A DNA stretch of 51,009 bases from an uncultured archaeon (GTDB lineage: Archaea > Asgardarchaeota > Lokiarchaeia > Sigyniarchaeales > SOKP01). Positions 9,960 to 19,386 of this stretch are shown here, piece by piece. Position numbers and translations under genes: made by a program. The stretch lies in the NCBI GenBank assembly GCA_964632315.1, contig CAZWEM010000034.1:1-51009 (forward strand), in the 5' to 3' direction. Position 1 is the first letter of the stretch, and each line of letters begins with the position of its first letter. The notes under the pieces were generated by a model. It saw only the letters and a program-made list of their open reading frames with translations, was not told the DNA's origin and did no database searches.

Positions 9960-11342
9960 TTATGTATTAAGCACCATTTTTACAAAATTCTTATAATTTT
10001 CTTTCCACATTGGATCAAAATAAATTTCTCGATCCTGTAAAGTATCAAATTTTATTTTGTTAAGATCTAATTCTTGAGGTGTTTTAAACCATACTCCAAT
10101 GTCTTCTGGAATCTCGTTTTGGGACAATTCATTGTCTAAAATTAGCAATTTCTTATTGAACCCTAAAGCTTCAAAAATGGCTGTTGAATAACAACCAATT
10201 ATGTATTCTGATTCCGCAAAATATTGGTATATGTCTCCAGACTTAGCAATTTCAATGTTTGGATAATCATATAATTCTTTATACCTGTTTTCAAATGGAA
10301 CTTCTCCAGGATGGAGTTTGAATATAATTTTATAATTCGGATAATTTTGTGACAAGTATTTAGCAATTTGCACGAACTCATCAGTAATAGTACCTTGAGA
10401 TATTATTAAAATTGAGTGCGGGATTTCTTTAAGTGTCTGGTATGTTTTTATACTTTCATAAAAATGAGGATTTCCTATCGTGATTTTCTTAGATGGAATT
10501 TTTATGTTTGCATTCCAGTAATCTCCAAATGTCAGAATGTAATCGGGAAGATATTTTTTATATTTTTCATTTTTAAAAATCTCATCGCCATAATTATATG
10601 CAATATGATGTTTAGAAATGACTCCATGTTGAAATTCTGCCGTGGTGATACCAAATTTTTTTGCCGTTTTTAATAACATCGCTTTAAATCCCGTATAAGT
10701 TGAAGTATGAACAAAAATTATTCGTGGTTTTAGCTTTTTAAAGGTCTTGGTTATATAGGATTCATAAGAATCATATTCTGCGTGATAAAAATATAATTCT
10801 TTTTTGACCCTTTCAATGAAAGGTTTCTCAAAGTCATTGTAAGATTTCAGAAAATCAATAAATCTCTCTATTACCTCGTTATTTTGTCTCGATATGATCT
10901 TTTTAATTTGATAAATAATGCGGGTTTTAAATTCACCAAATTCTCCTGTTGCAAAGTCTTGCGTGTCATTGGGAATCTCATAACGACCTCTATATGCACT
11001 ATCCATCGTTAGTGTTTTAGGAAATAAAGGAGAATAATAATCAGTAAATATGTTGAAATCTTTATTTATTAAGCGCCCTCTTGCACTAGAATAAAAAATT
11101 ATGTCATATGGTTTTTTTAATCTATGGGGAGCGTATTTAAAAGAATGATAGAGTAATTTAATATTATTCAACGAAAGTTTATTAAGGCGAGAGTGAGGAA
11201 CTGTTAGATTTTGTGCTTTAAAGTTTAAATAGGATAAAACCATCCATCTGACTAAGGGCCAGATCATTAGATCTTTTTCTTTAATGATAAATTCCTGTTT
11301 AAGGATTTGATTGTCTAGGTCAAAAAATTCTGGAGTGGTCAT
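9960..11342 (-). CDS. Putative GT-B surface-polysaccharide transferase (sialyl/nonulosonate- or CDP-polyol-transferase-like)
   Basis: EFQHG, PDYILTFG..W, IGNP, ISQG, FKLHPGE and YSTAIFEAL motifs. Confidence 0.6.
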   Translation of the reverse strand: MTTPEFFDLDNQILKQEFIIKEKDLMIWPLVRWMVLSYLNFKAQNLTVPHSRLNKLSLNNIKLLYHSFKYAPHRLKKPYDIIFYSSARGRLINKDFNIFTDYYSPLFPKTLTMDSAYRGRYEIPNDTQDFATGEFGEFKTRIIYQIKKIISRQNNEVIERFIDFLKSYNDFEKPFIERVKKELYFYHAEYDSYESYITKTFKKLKPRIIFVHTSTYTGFKAMLLKTAKKFGITTAEFQHGVISKHHIAYNYGDEIFKNEKYKKYLPDYILTFGDYWNANIKIPSKKITIGNPHFYESIKTYQTLKEIPHSILIISQGTITDEFVQIAKYLSQNYPNYKIIFKLHPGEVPFENRYKELYDYPNIEIAKSGDIYQYFAESEYIIGCYSTAIFEALGFNKKLLILDNELSQNEIPEDIGVWFKTPQELDLNKIKFDTLQDREIYFDPMWKENYKNFVKMVLNT

Positions 11343-11356
11343 TGTAGCTTCCTAAT

Positions 11357-11878
11357 CTAATGAAATTTCTTAAGTTTTTTTAATCTTTCATAATGCTCTT
11401 TATCTCTGTAGGAAAAAACTTTCGCAGGATGTCCTCCTGCTATAGCATATTTTGGAATATCGCTCACAACTATGCTTCCCGCTTGGATAATGGCTCCTTC
11501 ACCGATTGTAACACCACCTAATATAATAACTCCAGTTCCAACCCAAACGTTATCCTCAATTATTACATCTTTGTAGATGTAAGTGGAATCATAAGGAATT
11601 TTTGTTCCAGTATCGTAATTATGATTTTGAGTGATAACATGGATGTCGGTACCTGAGTGAAAATTATCTCCTATAATTAACTTTCCTCCTCCCTCCACTT
11701 TAATCCCATTAAAATTACAATTCTTTCCAAGCTGCGTGTTTAAATTGAAGATTGTATTTGAAAATGGTCTTATATAAGGAACTGTTTTGTAACTCACTAA
11801 TCTCTTGAGATTATATCTTGTAATTAAAACTTGGGCTATATGTCTTACAGCGTTAATTATTTTGTTTGAAAAAGCCAC
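11357..11878 (-). CDS. Left-handed beta-helix (hexapeptide) sugar O-acetyltransferase
   Basis: VIIEDNVWVG..VIILGGVTIGEGAIIQAGSIVVSDIPKYAIAGGHPAKV; TQNHNY. Confidence 0.9.
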   Translation of the reverse strand: MAFSNKIINAVRHIAQVLITRYNLKRLVSYKTVPYIRPFSNTIFNLNTQLGKNCNFNGIKVEGGGKLIIGDNFHSGTDIHVITQNHNYDTGTKIPYDSTYIYKDVIIEDNVWVGTGVIILGGVTIGEGAIIQAGSIVVSDIPKYAIAGGHPAKVFSYRDKEHYERLKKLKKFH

Positions 11879-12008
11879 CAGCTTACTATAACACCTTTAC
11901 GCGTAGATATAGGTAAATAAACGATGAAAAAGTTTTAAACTTATTTTTTAAAATAAATTATTAATTGCAAAAATCATTTATTATACACAAATTTAAATCT
12001 CATCTGAT

Positions 12009-12839
12009 ATGAATAACCCTTTAGTCTCTATAATAATTCCAACCTATAACCGACCAGATTATCTTGAAAGAGCAGTTACTTCTGTGCTAAAACAAACATA
12101 TGAGAAGATAGAAATCATAATCATTGACGATCATTCTGTTAATGATCTTTCAAAGATAATTAACAAATTCCAAGATCCCCGGATAAAATTTTATAGGAAT
12201 AAAACAAATCGAGGTTCAGTTTACAGTAGAAATCGAGGAATTTCACTTTGCAAGGGAGACTATATCAATTTTCTTGATGATGATGATGAATTGTTACCTA
12301 ACAAAATAGAATTTCAATTAAGAAAATTTAAGCAATCTAAGATTCAGAATCTCGGAGTAATAGTTTGTGATATGGCATATAGTCGAAGAGACATAAATCA
12401 AGTCAAGCAAAATCATTTGAAAGGACAAATATACAAGAAATTACTTGCTCAATATTGTGTTTATGGAATCCACAGCATGTTAATCAAGCGAACGTATTGT
12501 CCAAGATTTGATAATAATCTTACTTCTAATCAGGAATATGATTTAGCAATTAGATTGGCCAAAATCTGTTCCTTTGATTACATCCCAAAAGTATTAGCCA
12601 TTACTCACGAATCAGAAGATCAGATCAGTTTTAATTACAGGAAGAAAAAAGAAGGAACCATTTACCTTTTCACGAAATACAAGCACGAATTCATAAAATT
12701 TGGAATCAGATTCTATGTTTATAATTGGTTTAGATTTCGATATTTGCTCTTTAGATATTTTATAACCTTAAAAATCGGTAATGTGAAAATTAATAAAATC
12801 ATGCATGACTTTCATAATAGATTTTTGAAAAACTTGTGA
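12009..12839 (+). CDS. GT2 family glycosyltransferase
   Basis: VSIIIPTYNR, IDDHS, SRNRG, FLDDDD, EYDLAIR. Confidence 0.92.
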   Translation: MNNPLVSIIIPTYNRPDYLERAVTSVLKQTYEKIEIIIIDDHSVNDLSKIINKFQDPRIKFYRNKTNRGSVYSRNRGISLCKGDYINFLDDDDELLPNKIEFQLRKFKQSKIQNLGVIVCDMAYSRRDINQVKQNHLKGQIYKKLLAQYCVYGIHSMLIKRTYCPRFDNNLTSNQEYDLAIRLAKICSFDYIPKVLAITHESEDQISFNYRKKKEGTIYLFTKYKHEFIKFGIRFYVYNWFRFRYLLFRYFITLKIGNVKINKIMHDFHNRFLKNL

Positions 12840-12844
12840 CCAAA

Positions 12845-13663
12845 ATGAGCGATCTCCCATTTATTACTGTATTCACTCCTAATTACAACAAATCAGACTT
12901 TTTATCTGAGACGATCGAAAGCATACTCAATCAAACCTATAGTAATTTTGAATATGTTATAGTTGATGATTGTTCTACCGATAATAGTTGGGAGATAATT
13001 CAATCGTATGCTTCAAAAGATAACAGAATAAAAGCATATAGAAATGAATTGAATTGTGCGATCGTGGAAACTCGAAATAGAGGATTGAATCACAGTTCAG
13101 ATGATGCAAAATATTTTGCAATCATCGATAGCGATGATGTGGCAACTCCAGAAAGATTACAATCTCAGGTTAAATTTTTAGAAGAAAATCTTGAATATGG
13201 ATTGGTAGGGAGCGATGCAATCATTATTGATGAAGATTCACAAAAAATTGGATATCGTACTTACCCGCATACAGATGCGGAAATCAGAGAAAAGATTGTT
13301 CGGTTTAATCCTTTTACTCAATCCAGTATAACTATCCGAAAGGAAGCCATACGAGAAATTGGTCCCTATGATGAGCAATGGAAGGTTTGTCAAGATTATG
13401 ATTATTGGTTACGGGTAGGGAAGGATTGGAAATTACAGAATTTGGAAGAGCCACTTATTAAATATCGATTAAGTCGTAGCCAGGTGAAAAGTACTCATCT
13501 TAAAGAAACAATCCAAAACACGTATCGCATCCAAAAAAAAGCAATAAATGAATACGGGTATAAAGATAATTTTAAGAATAAGTTTAATAGGTTCTTGTTA
13601 AGAGTTTCATTGCTATATCCAAAAATAGCTTATGTATTTTATAAAAAATTTATAGTAACTTAA
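12845..13663 (+). CDS. GT2 family glycosyltransferase
   Basis: PNYN, VDDCSTD, RNRG, IDSDD, QDYDYWLR. Start is ATG 12845, or GTG 12836 overlapping the upstream stop. Confidence 0.92.
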   Translation: MSDLPFITVFTPNYNKSDFLSETIESILNQTYSNFEYVIVDDCSTDNSWEIIQSYASKDNRIKAYRNELNCAIVETRNRGLNHSSDDAKYFAIIDSDDVATPERLQSQVKFLEENLEYGLVGSDAIIIDEDSQKIGYRTYPHTDAEIREKIVRFNPFTQSSITIRKEAIREIGPYDEQWKVCQDYDYWLRVGKDWKLQNLEEPLIKYRLSRSQVKSTHLKETIQNTYRIQKKAINEYGYKDNFKNKFNRFLLRVSLLYPKIAYVFYKKFIVT

Positions 13664-13678
13664 AGAAAAGATGAAATC

Positions 13679-14644
13679 ATGATAAAAAACAAGAGAGTAT
13701 TAGTAACTGGAGGAGCAGGATTCATTGGGATCAATCTATGTCAAAAATTGCTTCAAGAGAGTAATCTTGTAGTGATAATTGATAATTTTAACCAGTATTA
13801 TGGTGGGAAAGAAGCAAGGCTTCAGAATACCTTGAGCGAATTCGAGGTCGGTAAGGAGTATTTTGTTCACAACAAAGATCTCATAAATCAAACCGCGTTT
13901 GATCAAATTGATCAAGATTTCGATTACATATTCCATTTAGCTGCTCAGGCAGGAGTTCGCTATTCCATACAAAATCCGGTAGAAGTTACGAGAAACAATA
14001 TTGAAAGTAGTGTGAATGTTTTCGAGCATGCAAGCAAATTACAACCAAAAAAAGTCATTTATGCATCATCTTCGTCAGTATATGGAAATCCAACATACAC
14101 TCCTTTAGATGAAAATCACCCTAAAAATCCAATCTCGCCATACGCGGTTTCAAAACTAGCCGGGGAAATGTATGCAGATTATTATTTTCGCGAAAAAAAG
14201 TTACCAGTCTCCTCACTTCGGTTCTATACCGTTTATGGACCGAGGGGACGTCCCGATATGGCAATCAGAAAATTTTTCAATTTGATGTTGCAAGATAAAG
14301 AAATCATGATCTATGGGGATGGGGAACAATTAAGAGATTTTACATATATCTCTGATATCGTAAATGGTTTGATATTAGCTGCTGAAAATCCCAAATCTAT
14401 GGGAAAAGTCTTTAATTTGGGATGCTCAAACCCAATTAAGGTGATCGATTTAGTCGCGAAAATGTATGAGATATCGGGAAAGAAACAAAAGTTAAAATTT
14501 GTTGAAAAACAAGAGGGAGATGTAGATATAACGCATTCAGACATTACAAAAGCAAAAGAAATATTAGGGTACTCTCCTAAAGTATACATTGATGAGGGAT
14601 TGCAGAAAACCTTTAAATGGCAATCCAAATTCACACCGACATAA
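13679..14644 (+). CDS. NAD-dependent NDP-sugar epimerase (UDP-glucuronate 4-epimerase-like)
   Basis: TGGAGFIG, HLAAQAGVRYS, ASSSSVYG, PYAVSK, LRFYTVYGPRGRPDMA. Confidence 0.9.
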   Translation: MIKNKRVLVTGGAGFIGINLCQKLLQESNLVVIIDNFNQYYGGKEARLQNTLSEFEVGKEYFVHNKDLINQTAFDQIDQDFDYIFHLAAQAGVRYSIQNPVEVTRNNIESSVNVFEHASKLQPKKVIYASSSSVYGNPTYTPLDENHPKNPISPYAVSKLAGEMYADYYFREKKLPVSSLRFYTVYGPRGRPDMAIRKFFNLMLQDKEIMIYGDGEQLRDFTYISDIVNGLILAAENPKSMGKVFNLGCSNPIKVIDLVAKMYEISGKKQKLKFVEKQEGDVDITHSDITKAKEILGYSPKVYIDEGLQKTFKWQSKFTPT

Positions 14645-14714
14645 AGGTTACTTTATGAAAAAACTCAAATTAAATAGATGATAAAAAAATTAATGAATAA
14701 TAAGGAAACTTAAA

Positions 14715-15683
14715 ATGGAATTTCAAGATAAAAGGATTGTAGTAACGGGAGCTGCAGGGTTTATCGGTAGTAATTTAGTTGATAGATTACTTGATTTGGG
14801 AGCAGAAGTTATAGGAATAGATAATTTATATAATGGTAGGATAGAAAATTTAGAACTCGCTTCCCAAGACCCCAAGTTCAAGTTTTATCGTGGTGATATA
14901 AGAGATTTAAATTTCTTAATTGATGTGTTCGAAGGTGTGGACGTTATATACCATCAAGCAGCATTCACAAGCGTACCTCAGTCCGTTATTATGCCTAGTA
15001 ATTGCAATGATGTAAACGTGAATGGCACACTAAACGTGTTAAATGCAGCACGAAAATGTGATGTGAACAAAATTATATATGCTTCTAGCTCCTCAGTATA
15101 TGGAGATACCCCAACGCTTCCCAAAAGGGAAGATATGCCTCGTGTTCCAATTTCACCATACGGTGTAGCTAAATTAGCATGTGAGGCATACATGGAAGCG
15201 TATCATAATGTATACGGATTGAATACTACTTCATTGCGATATTTTAATGTTTTTGGACCAAGACAAAAGGATTCTCCGTATAGTGGAGTAATAGCAATTT
15301 GGTTAGGTTGCATTCTCCGGGATGAGGATTTGGCAATATTTGGAGATGGTAAAAATTCAAGAGATTTTACATACATCAAAGATGTGTTGGAAGCAAACAT
15401 ATTAGCAGCAACGCATAATACACCTGGAGAAATCCTGAATATTGGGGCAGGTTCTCCCATAACATTGACAGAGTTAGCCAAGATAATGCTTAAACTAGCT
15501 GGTAAAGAAAATCTTAGCATCAATTATGCAGATCCAAGACCAGGAGATATTATTCACAGTTATGCTGATATTTCTAAGGTAAAGAAGTTATTAAAATTTG
15601 AGCCAAAATATAATCAAGAAGAAGGATTAAAAGATTATTTTAAATGGTATCAACAGAAATATGATGTTCACTTGATAAAATAA
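14715..15683 (+). CDS. NAD-dependent NDP-sugar epimerase (UDP-GlcNAc/GlcNAcA 4-epimerase, WbpP/TviC-like)
   Basis: TGAAGFIGS, HQAA..SVP.S, ASSSSVYG, PYGVAK, LRYFNVFGPRQ, Y.GVI, SRDFTYI. Confidence 0.9.
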   Translation: MEFQDKRIVVTGAAGFIGSNLVDRLLDLGAEVIGIDNLYNGRIENLELASQDPKFKFYRGDIRDLNFLIDVFEGVDVIYHQAAFTSVPQSVIMPSNCNDVNVNGTLNVLNAARKCDVNKIIYASSSSVYGDTPTLPKREDMPRVPISPYGVAKLACEAYMEAYHNVYGLNTTSLRYFNVFGPRQKDSPYSGVIAIWLGCILRDEDLAIFGDGKNSRDFTYIKDVLEANILAATHNTPGEILNIGAGSPITLTELAKIMLKLAGKENLSINYADPRPGDIIHSYADISKVKKLLKFEPKYNQEEGLKDYFKWYQQKYDVHLIK

Positions 15684-15702
15684 AGTTCTATAGAGTCTTA
15701 GG

Positions 15703-17988
15703 ATGATGCTAAAAGTGAAATTTAATAAAGGTGTTTTGGTTTTATGGAGAAATTTTAACCTAGTCTTAATTCTAATTTCTTATGTTTCACTTTTCGTTAT
15801 TTTCCTTCAGATTATTGGATTAAACAATTTACTCCAAGCAAATGGTTTAATATTACTTAAACATATTTTTAATAGTTTTGATCTAATGTGTACTGCGTTT
15901 GTACTTTTGTTTTTACCCTCCTACCCAATTTTCTTTTTCCTTGTCAGATATGATGGATTTAAACTCATGGAGAAGATCAGTTTAACAATCATCACAAATC
16001 TTTCTTTTTACATTATTTCAGGAATTATTGCGCAAGATCTAAACGCTCCACTGGTGTCTACATATTTTTTCACATTTACTTTTTATCTTTATTCGGGATT
16101 AATGGTGATTTCTTTCTTTTTGGGTTCAAGATTTCTCCAAGTGAATGGGATGCACACTAAAATGAGAGAAATAAATCAAGAGCAGTTTATTTCAACTTTT
16201 TCGATTAAAAGATTATTCAAAAAATACTTCTCTCTTAATCAATTACTTTTGATTCTATTCATATTCCTTTTTATATTGTTGGATTTTGCTCGTGGAGGAT
16301 TTTTCGTGGGGACGGACCCATGGGTTCATTTAAGCATAATTAAAAGTGCGAGTATAACCCATCAACTTCCGATGGATGAATATTATGGAGCCATGGGGCT
16401 GCATGTATTTAGTTTGATCTTTTACTACTTTACTGGGACGGATCTGCTCTTAATTCCTCGCGTTTATCTTTTTTATTCCTTTCCAGTTTCAGGACTAATC
16501 TCATATTGTCTTTTTAAAAGAATCTTTAAAAATAAAAATCTCGCCGTCCTCGGGGTCTTCATACTCACTTTTAGTTCCTTAGGTTTCACCTACATGATGT
16601 ATCAATATTGGCCTTCAGGACTCGCACTACTCCAGATGCTCATGGTATTCTTAATTCTATACATTAGGCAACCCATTTTTATTGGTGAAAAGCCACCTAC
16701 TAAGAAAACAATCCGGGAGCATCTTATCGAACATTATGTTCCAATAATTTTGATTTTCACCAGTTCATTGATCACGCATTCACTTATTACAATGATTATC
16801 TTAATATCGTATTTATGGATTTATTTAGTATTTTTTGTGGTCAACTTTAGGCGAGGATTCGATCTCTTCCTCCTATTAGGATTGGTTGGGATCTTTTTAG
16901 GTTTTCTCCTTTCTGGAATGAATACTGGGCACTTTAGGGTATTTAACTATATTTTTGAAGTATATCCCATTTTTATTATCATTTTAGGATTAGTAGGAGG
17001 CGCTGCACTCTTATTACTCCCCTTGTGGTTTTTTAAAAAGCACACATCGTTTTCTAAAGGTAAGTATGGTTTGATTGTTTCAGGGAAGAAGCGTGATATT
17101 TTTACTCGGATCTCAGATAAACATCTTTTTCTTGGAGTGGCTATTTTAGGTATAATTTTCACAATAAGTTATTTTATTATAAATTTAATTGTCTTAAATG
17201 CTGATCTAAGTTTCGTGCTTGTAGGTTTTGAACTCATCCTTATAATACTATTTTCGTTATTTGGGATTGGAATTTTTCAATATAAACCGAGAGGTAAGTC
17301 TTTGTGGTTGTGGTTTTTAGCATTATTGTTCTTGGTCCTTGCAGGTATCTTGTTTAATAGTCTAACAGAAACGCTGAATTTCTTTACACGTATTTTTTAC
17401 ATATCCTCAGTTGCCATAGTAATTGGATTCGTTTCATATATCTATAAACTAATTCGTAATGGAGTAATTCGTGAGTGGAAGGCGAAAGTTTTTATTGGAT
17501 TTATTGTCTCATATTCCCTTGTCGCCGCATTTATAGATCTTAATAATTCTGTAGAATTTTTTAGCTTGAAGAACTATGAAGTAGATGCTATTGAATGGTA
17601 TTCAAATTATACATCTAATAAGAACGTGATTATTGCGGAATACGGATGGGAACATGTGTTTGTATATTATGATTATCCTTTTGAAAGCAATACTGTTTCT
17701 TTCAAAGGGATTTTCGTTTACATCTATGCTGATAATCAATACATGATTCCAAGCAAACATATTCTTCCAAATGGGACTAATATTTTAAGACAGTTAAAAA
17801 AACAGAATCCTGGTTCCAACGTGTACTTATTTTTATCGGATTATTATCTCTTACCATCAGGTTCAAGTTTATTTGGGAGATTAACCAACGAACAAGTAGC
17901 AGCTTACTATAACCTGACTTATTTAAATAAAGTTTTTTCTGCTAAACTTGAAACGGGAGTAGAGTTGCCCATTTACTGGGTCATTTGA
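15703..17988 (+). CDS. Polytopic membrane protein, putative GT-C glycosyltransferase
   Basis: Many TM segments, GTDPWVH loop motif, C-terminal extracellular domain; overlaps the convergent downstream gene by 8 nt. Confidence 0.6.
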   Translation: MMLKVKFNKGVLVLWRNFNLVLILISYVSLFVIFLQIIGLNNLLQANGLILLKHIFNSFDLMCTAFVLLFLPSYPIFFFLVRYDGFKLMEKISLTIITNLSFYIISGIIAQDLNAPLVSTYFFTFTFYLYSGLMVISFFLGSRFLQVNGMHTKMREINQEQFISTFSIKRLFKKYFSLNQLLLILFIFLFILLDFARGGFFVGTDPWVHLSIIKSASITHQLPMDEYYGAMGLHVFSLIFYYFTGTDLLLIPRVYLFYSFPVSGLISYCLFKRIFKNKNLAVLGVFILTFSSLGFTYMMYQYWPSGLALLQMLMVFLILYIRQPIFIGEKPPTKKTIREHLIEHYVPIILIFTSSLITHSLITMIILISYLWIYLVFFVVNFRRGFDLFLLLGLVGIFLGFLLSGMNTGHFRVFNYIFEVYPIFIIILGLVGGAALLLLPLWFFKKHTSFSKGKYGLIVSGKKRDIFTRISDKHLFLGVAILGIIFTISYFIINLIVLNADLSFVLVGFELILIILFSLFGIGIFQYKPRGKSLWLWFLALLFLVLAGILFNSLTETLNFFTRIFYISSVAIVIGFVSYIYKLIRNGVIREWKAKVFIGFIVSYSLVAAFIDLNNSVEFFSLKNYEVDAIEWYSNYTSNKNVIIAEYGWEHVFVYYDYPFESNTVSFKGIFVYIYADNQYMIPSKHILPNGTNILRQLKKQNPGSNVYLFLSDYYLLPSGSSLFGRLTNEQVAAYYNLTYLNKVFSAKLETGVELPIYWVI

Positions 17989-18766
17989 GCATTTCATAAT
18001 CCTCTGGGAACGCAGTTTCAAACTTATCTTTTAGAAGTTTCGCTTTATCTCCTTCAATCTTGAAGATTTGAGGTAATTTCCCAGCATATCCTACGTTATT
18101 ACCCCTACAGATTAAGGCGCCTCTTATACTTGGAAAATCATCTACCGCATCCAAAGCAGTTTTAATAGATTTCTCTATGTCATCACCCTTTACTAAATTT
18201 GCAATCATAGTTGCCGCCGCATCAGCATTAGTAGCATTATCACAAAAAATTGTTGCGGCATCAGCTCTCCCAAGGCTAACGGCATGTCCAACAGTTGCAG
18301 AACTTGTCGCAATCCCCAAAGGACAGTCGTTATTGGTTATTAAAAATCCGATATTTAGATTCAATCGATTTTCACCAGCATACAATGCAATCTTCATGTC
18401 AGTTTCAGAATCGATGGCAATTTCTCCACCATTTTCAACCAAGGCAGTTTTAGCGGGAATAAACTCAGGTTTTTTAGATTTCATGTCTAATAACATTAGA
18501 TCTGCTAATGCTCCAGCAACAGCAGCCATTGGACCAACCTTGTACAATTCGGACGCTTTATTCATGATCTGAATAATAGGTTCAGAACTATAGATTTCCA
18601 CGGGTTCAAAAGATCGTTCGAATAACGGATATTTGCTGACATAATTTTCTAAAATGGTTCTATCACGATAAAAACCTTGCTTAGCACGGTTAATAGCCAC
18701 TTTTGAGTCTGAGATAATGGTAATATCCGATTCTTTTTCAGTAAAGTGGTGTTTGAAGACTTTCAA
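17981..18766 (-). CDS. UPF0280 / ApbE-like family protein
   Basis: VGPMAAVAGA, VENGGEI, GIATSSATVGHAVSLG.ADAA, ADAAAT..AN motifs. Confidence 0.9.
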   Translation of the reverse strand: MKVFKHHFTEKESDITIISDSKVAINRAKQGFYRDRTILENYVSKYPLFERSFEPVEIYSSEPIIQIMNKASELYKVGPMAAVAGALADLMLLDMKSKKPEFIPAKTALVENGGEIAIDSETDMKIALYAGENRLNLNIGFLITNNDCPLGIATSSATVGHAVSLGRADAATIFCDNATNADAAATMIANLVKGDDIEKSIKTALDAVDDFPSIRGALICRGNNVGYAGKLPQIFKIEGDKAKLLKDKFETAFPEDYEMLK

Positions 18767-18870
18767 TTCAAAGAAGTATTATTTTTAAATTTGTAGGTTA
18801 ATTTAAGCAATCATAAAAATATAAATAAATTTAATACTATTAACTATTCAAGACTTTCGGCTGTTGAATC

Positions 18871-19362
18871 ATGAAAAAGGGTAATTATGACCAAATCATC
18901 TCTGAACTGAAAAAGGAATTAGATTCAGAATGCGCTATTGCTAGTAAGTATGGAATTGTTTTAGCGACAAAGATTAAGGAATTTTCGAAAGCGAAAATAA
19001 TTCCTCAAAAAATACTATCTGTAATTAAAAATTCTCAAGACATTGCAAAAGAACTTGGGTTGAAGCAAATTAACTCCTTTGCTTTAGAGGCAGAGAAGTA
19101 TAATTATCTATTTACATTTAGCTCAGAATTAATCTTAATCTCCAAGTTGAAGTTAGACGTGAATTTAAGCAAGTTCATGCCAAACGTGAGTGCATTTTTG
19201 AATCAATTAAGTGAGAATTTAAAGGAAGATGAGATAAAGGAATTTTCAGAGTTTGATTTTAAAAAGGAGATTCAAAATATTGAAGAGAGTATTAAAAAAG
19301 ATGAGTCGAAAGAGAAGAAATATTCGATTATAAAGGATCTTGTAAGTTTCATTTCAAACTAA
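18871..19362 (+). CDS. Roadblock/LC7-like domain protein with acidic/helical C-terminal extension
   Basis: Helix, then CAIASKYGIVLAT hairpin, helix ending ELGL, beta-strands, and VNL..F final helix: the roadblock/MglB pattern. Confidence 0.65.
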   Translation: MKKGNYDQIISELKKELDSECAIASKYGIVLATKIKEFSKAKIIPQKILSVIKNSQDIAKELGLKQINSFALEAEKYNYLFTFSSELILISKLKLDVNLSKFMPNVSAFLNQLSENLKEDEIKEFSEFDFKKEIQNIEESIKKDESKEKKYSIIKDLVSFISN

Positions 19363-19386
19363 ATTAACTATAAAAGGTAGATTATA

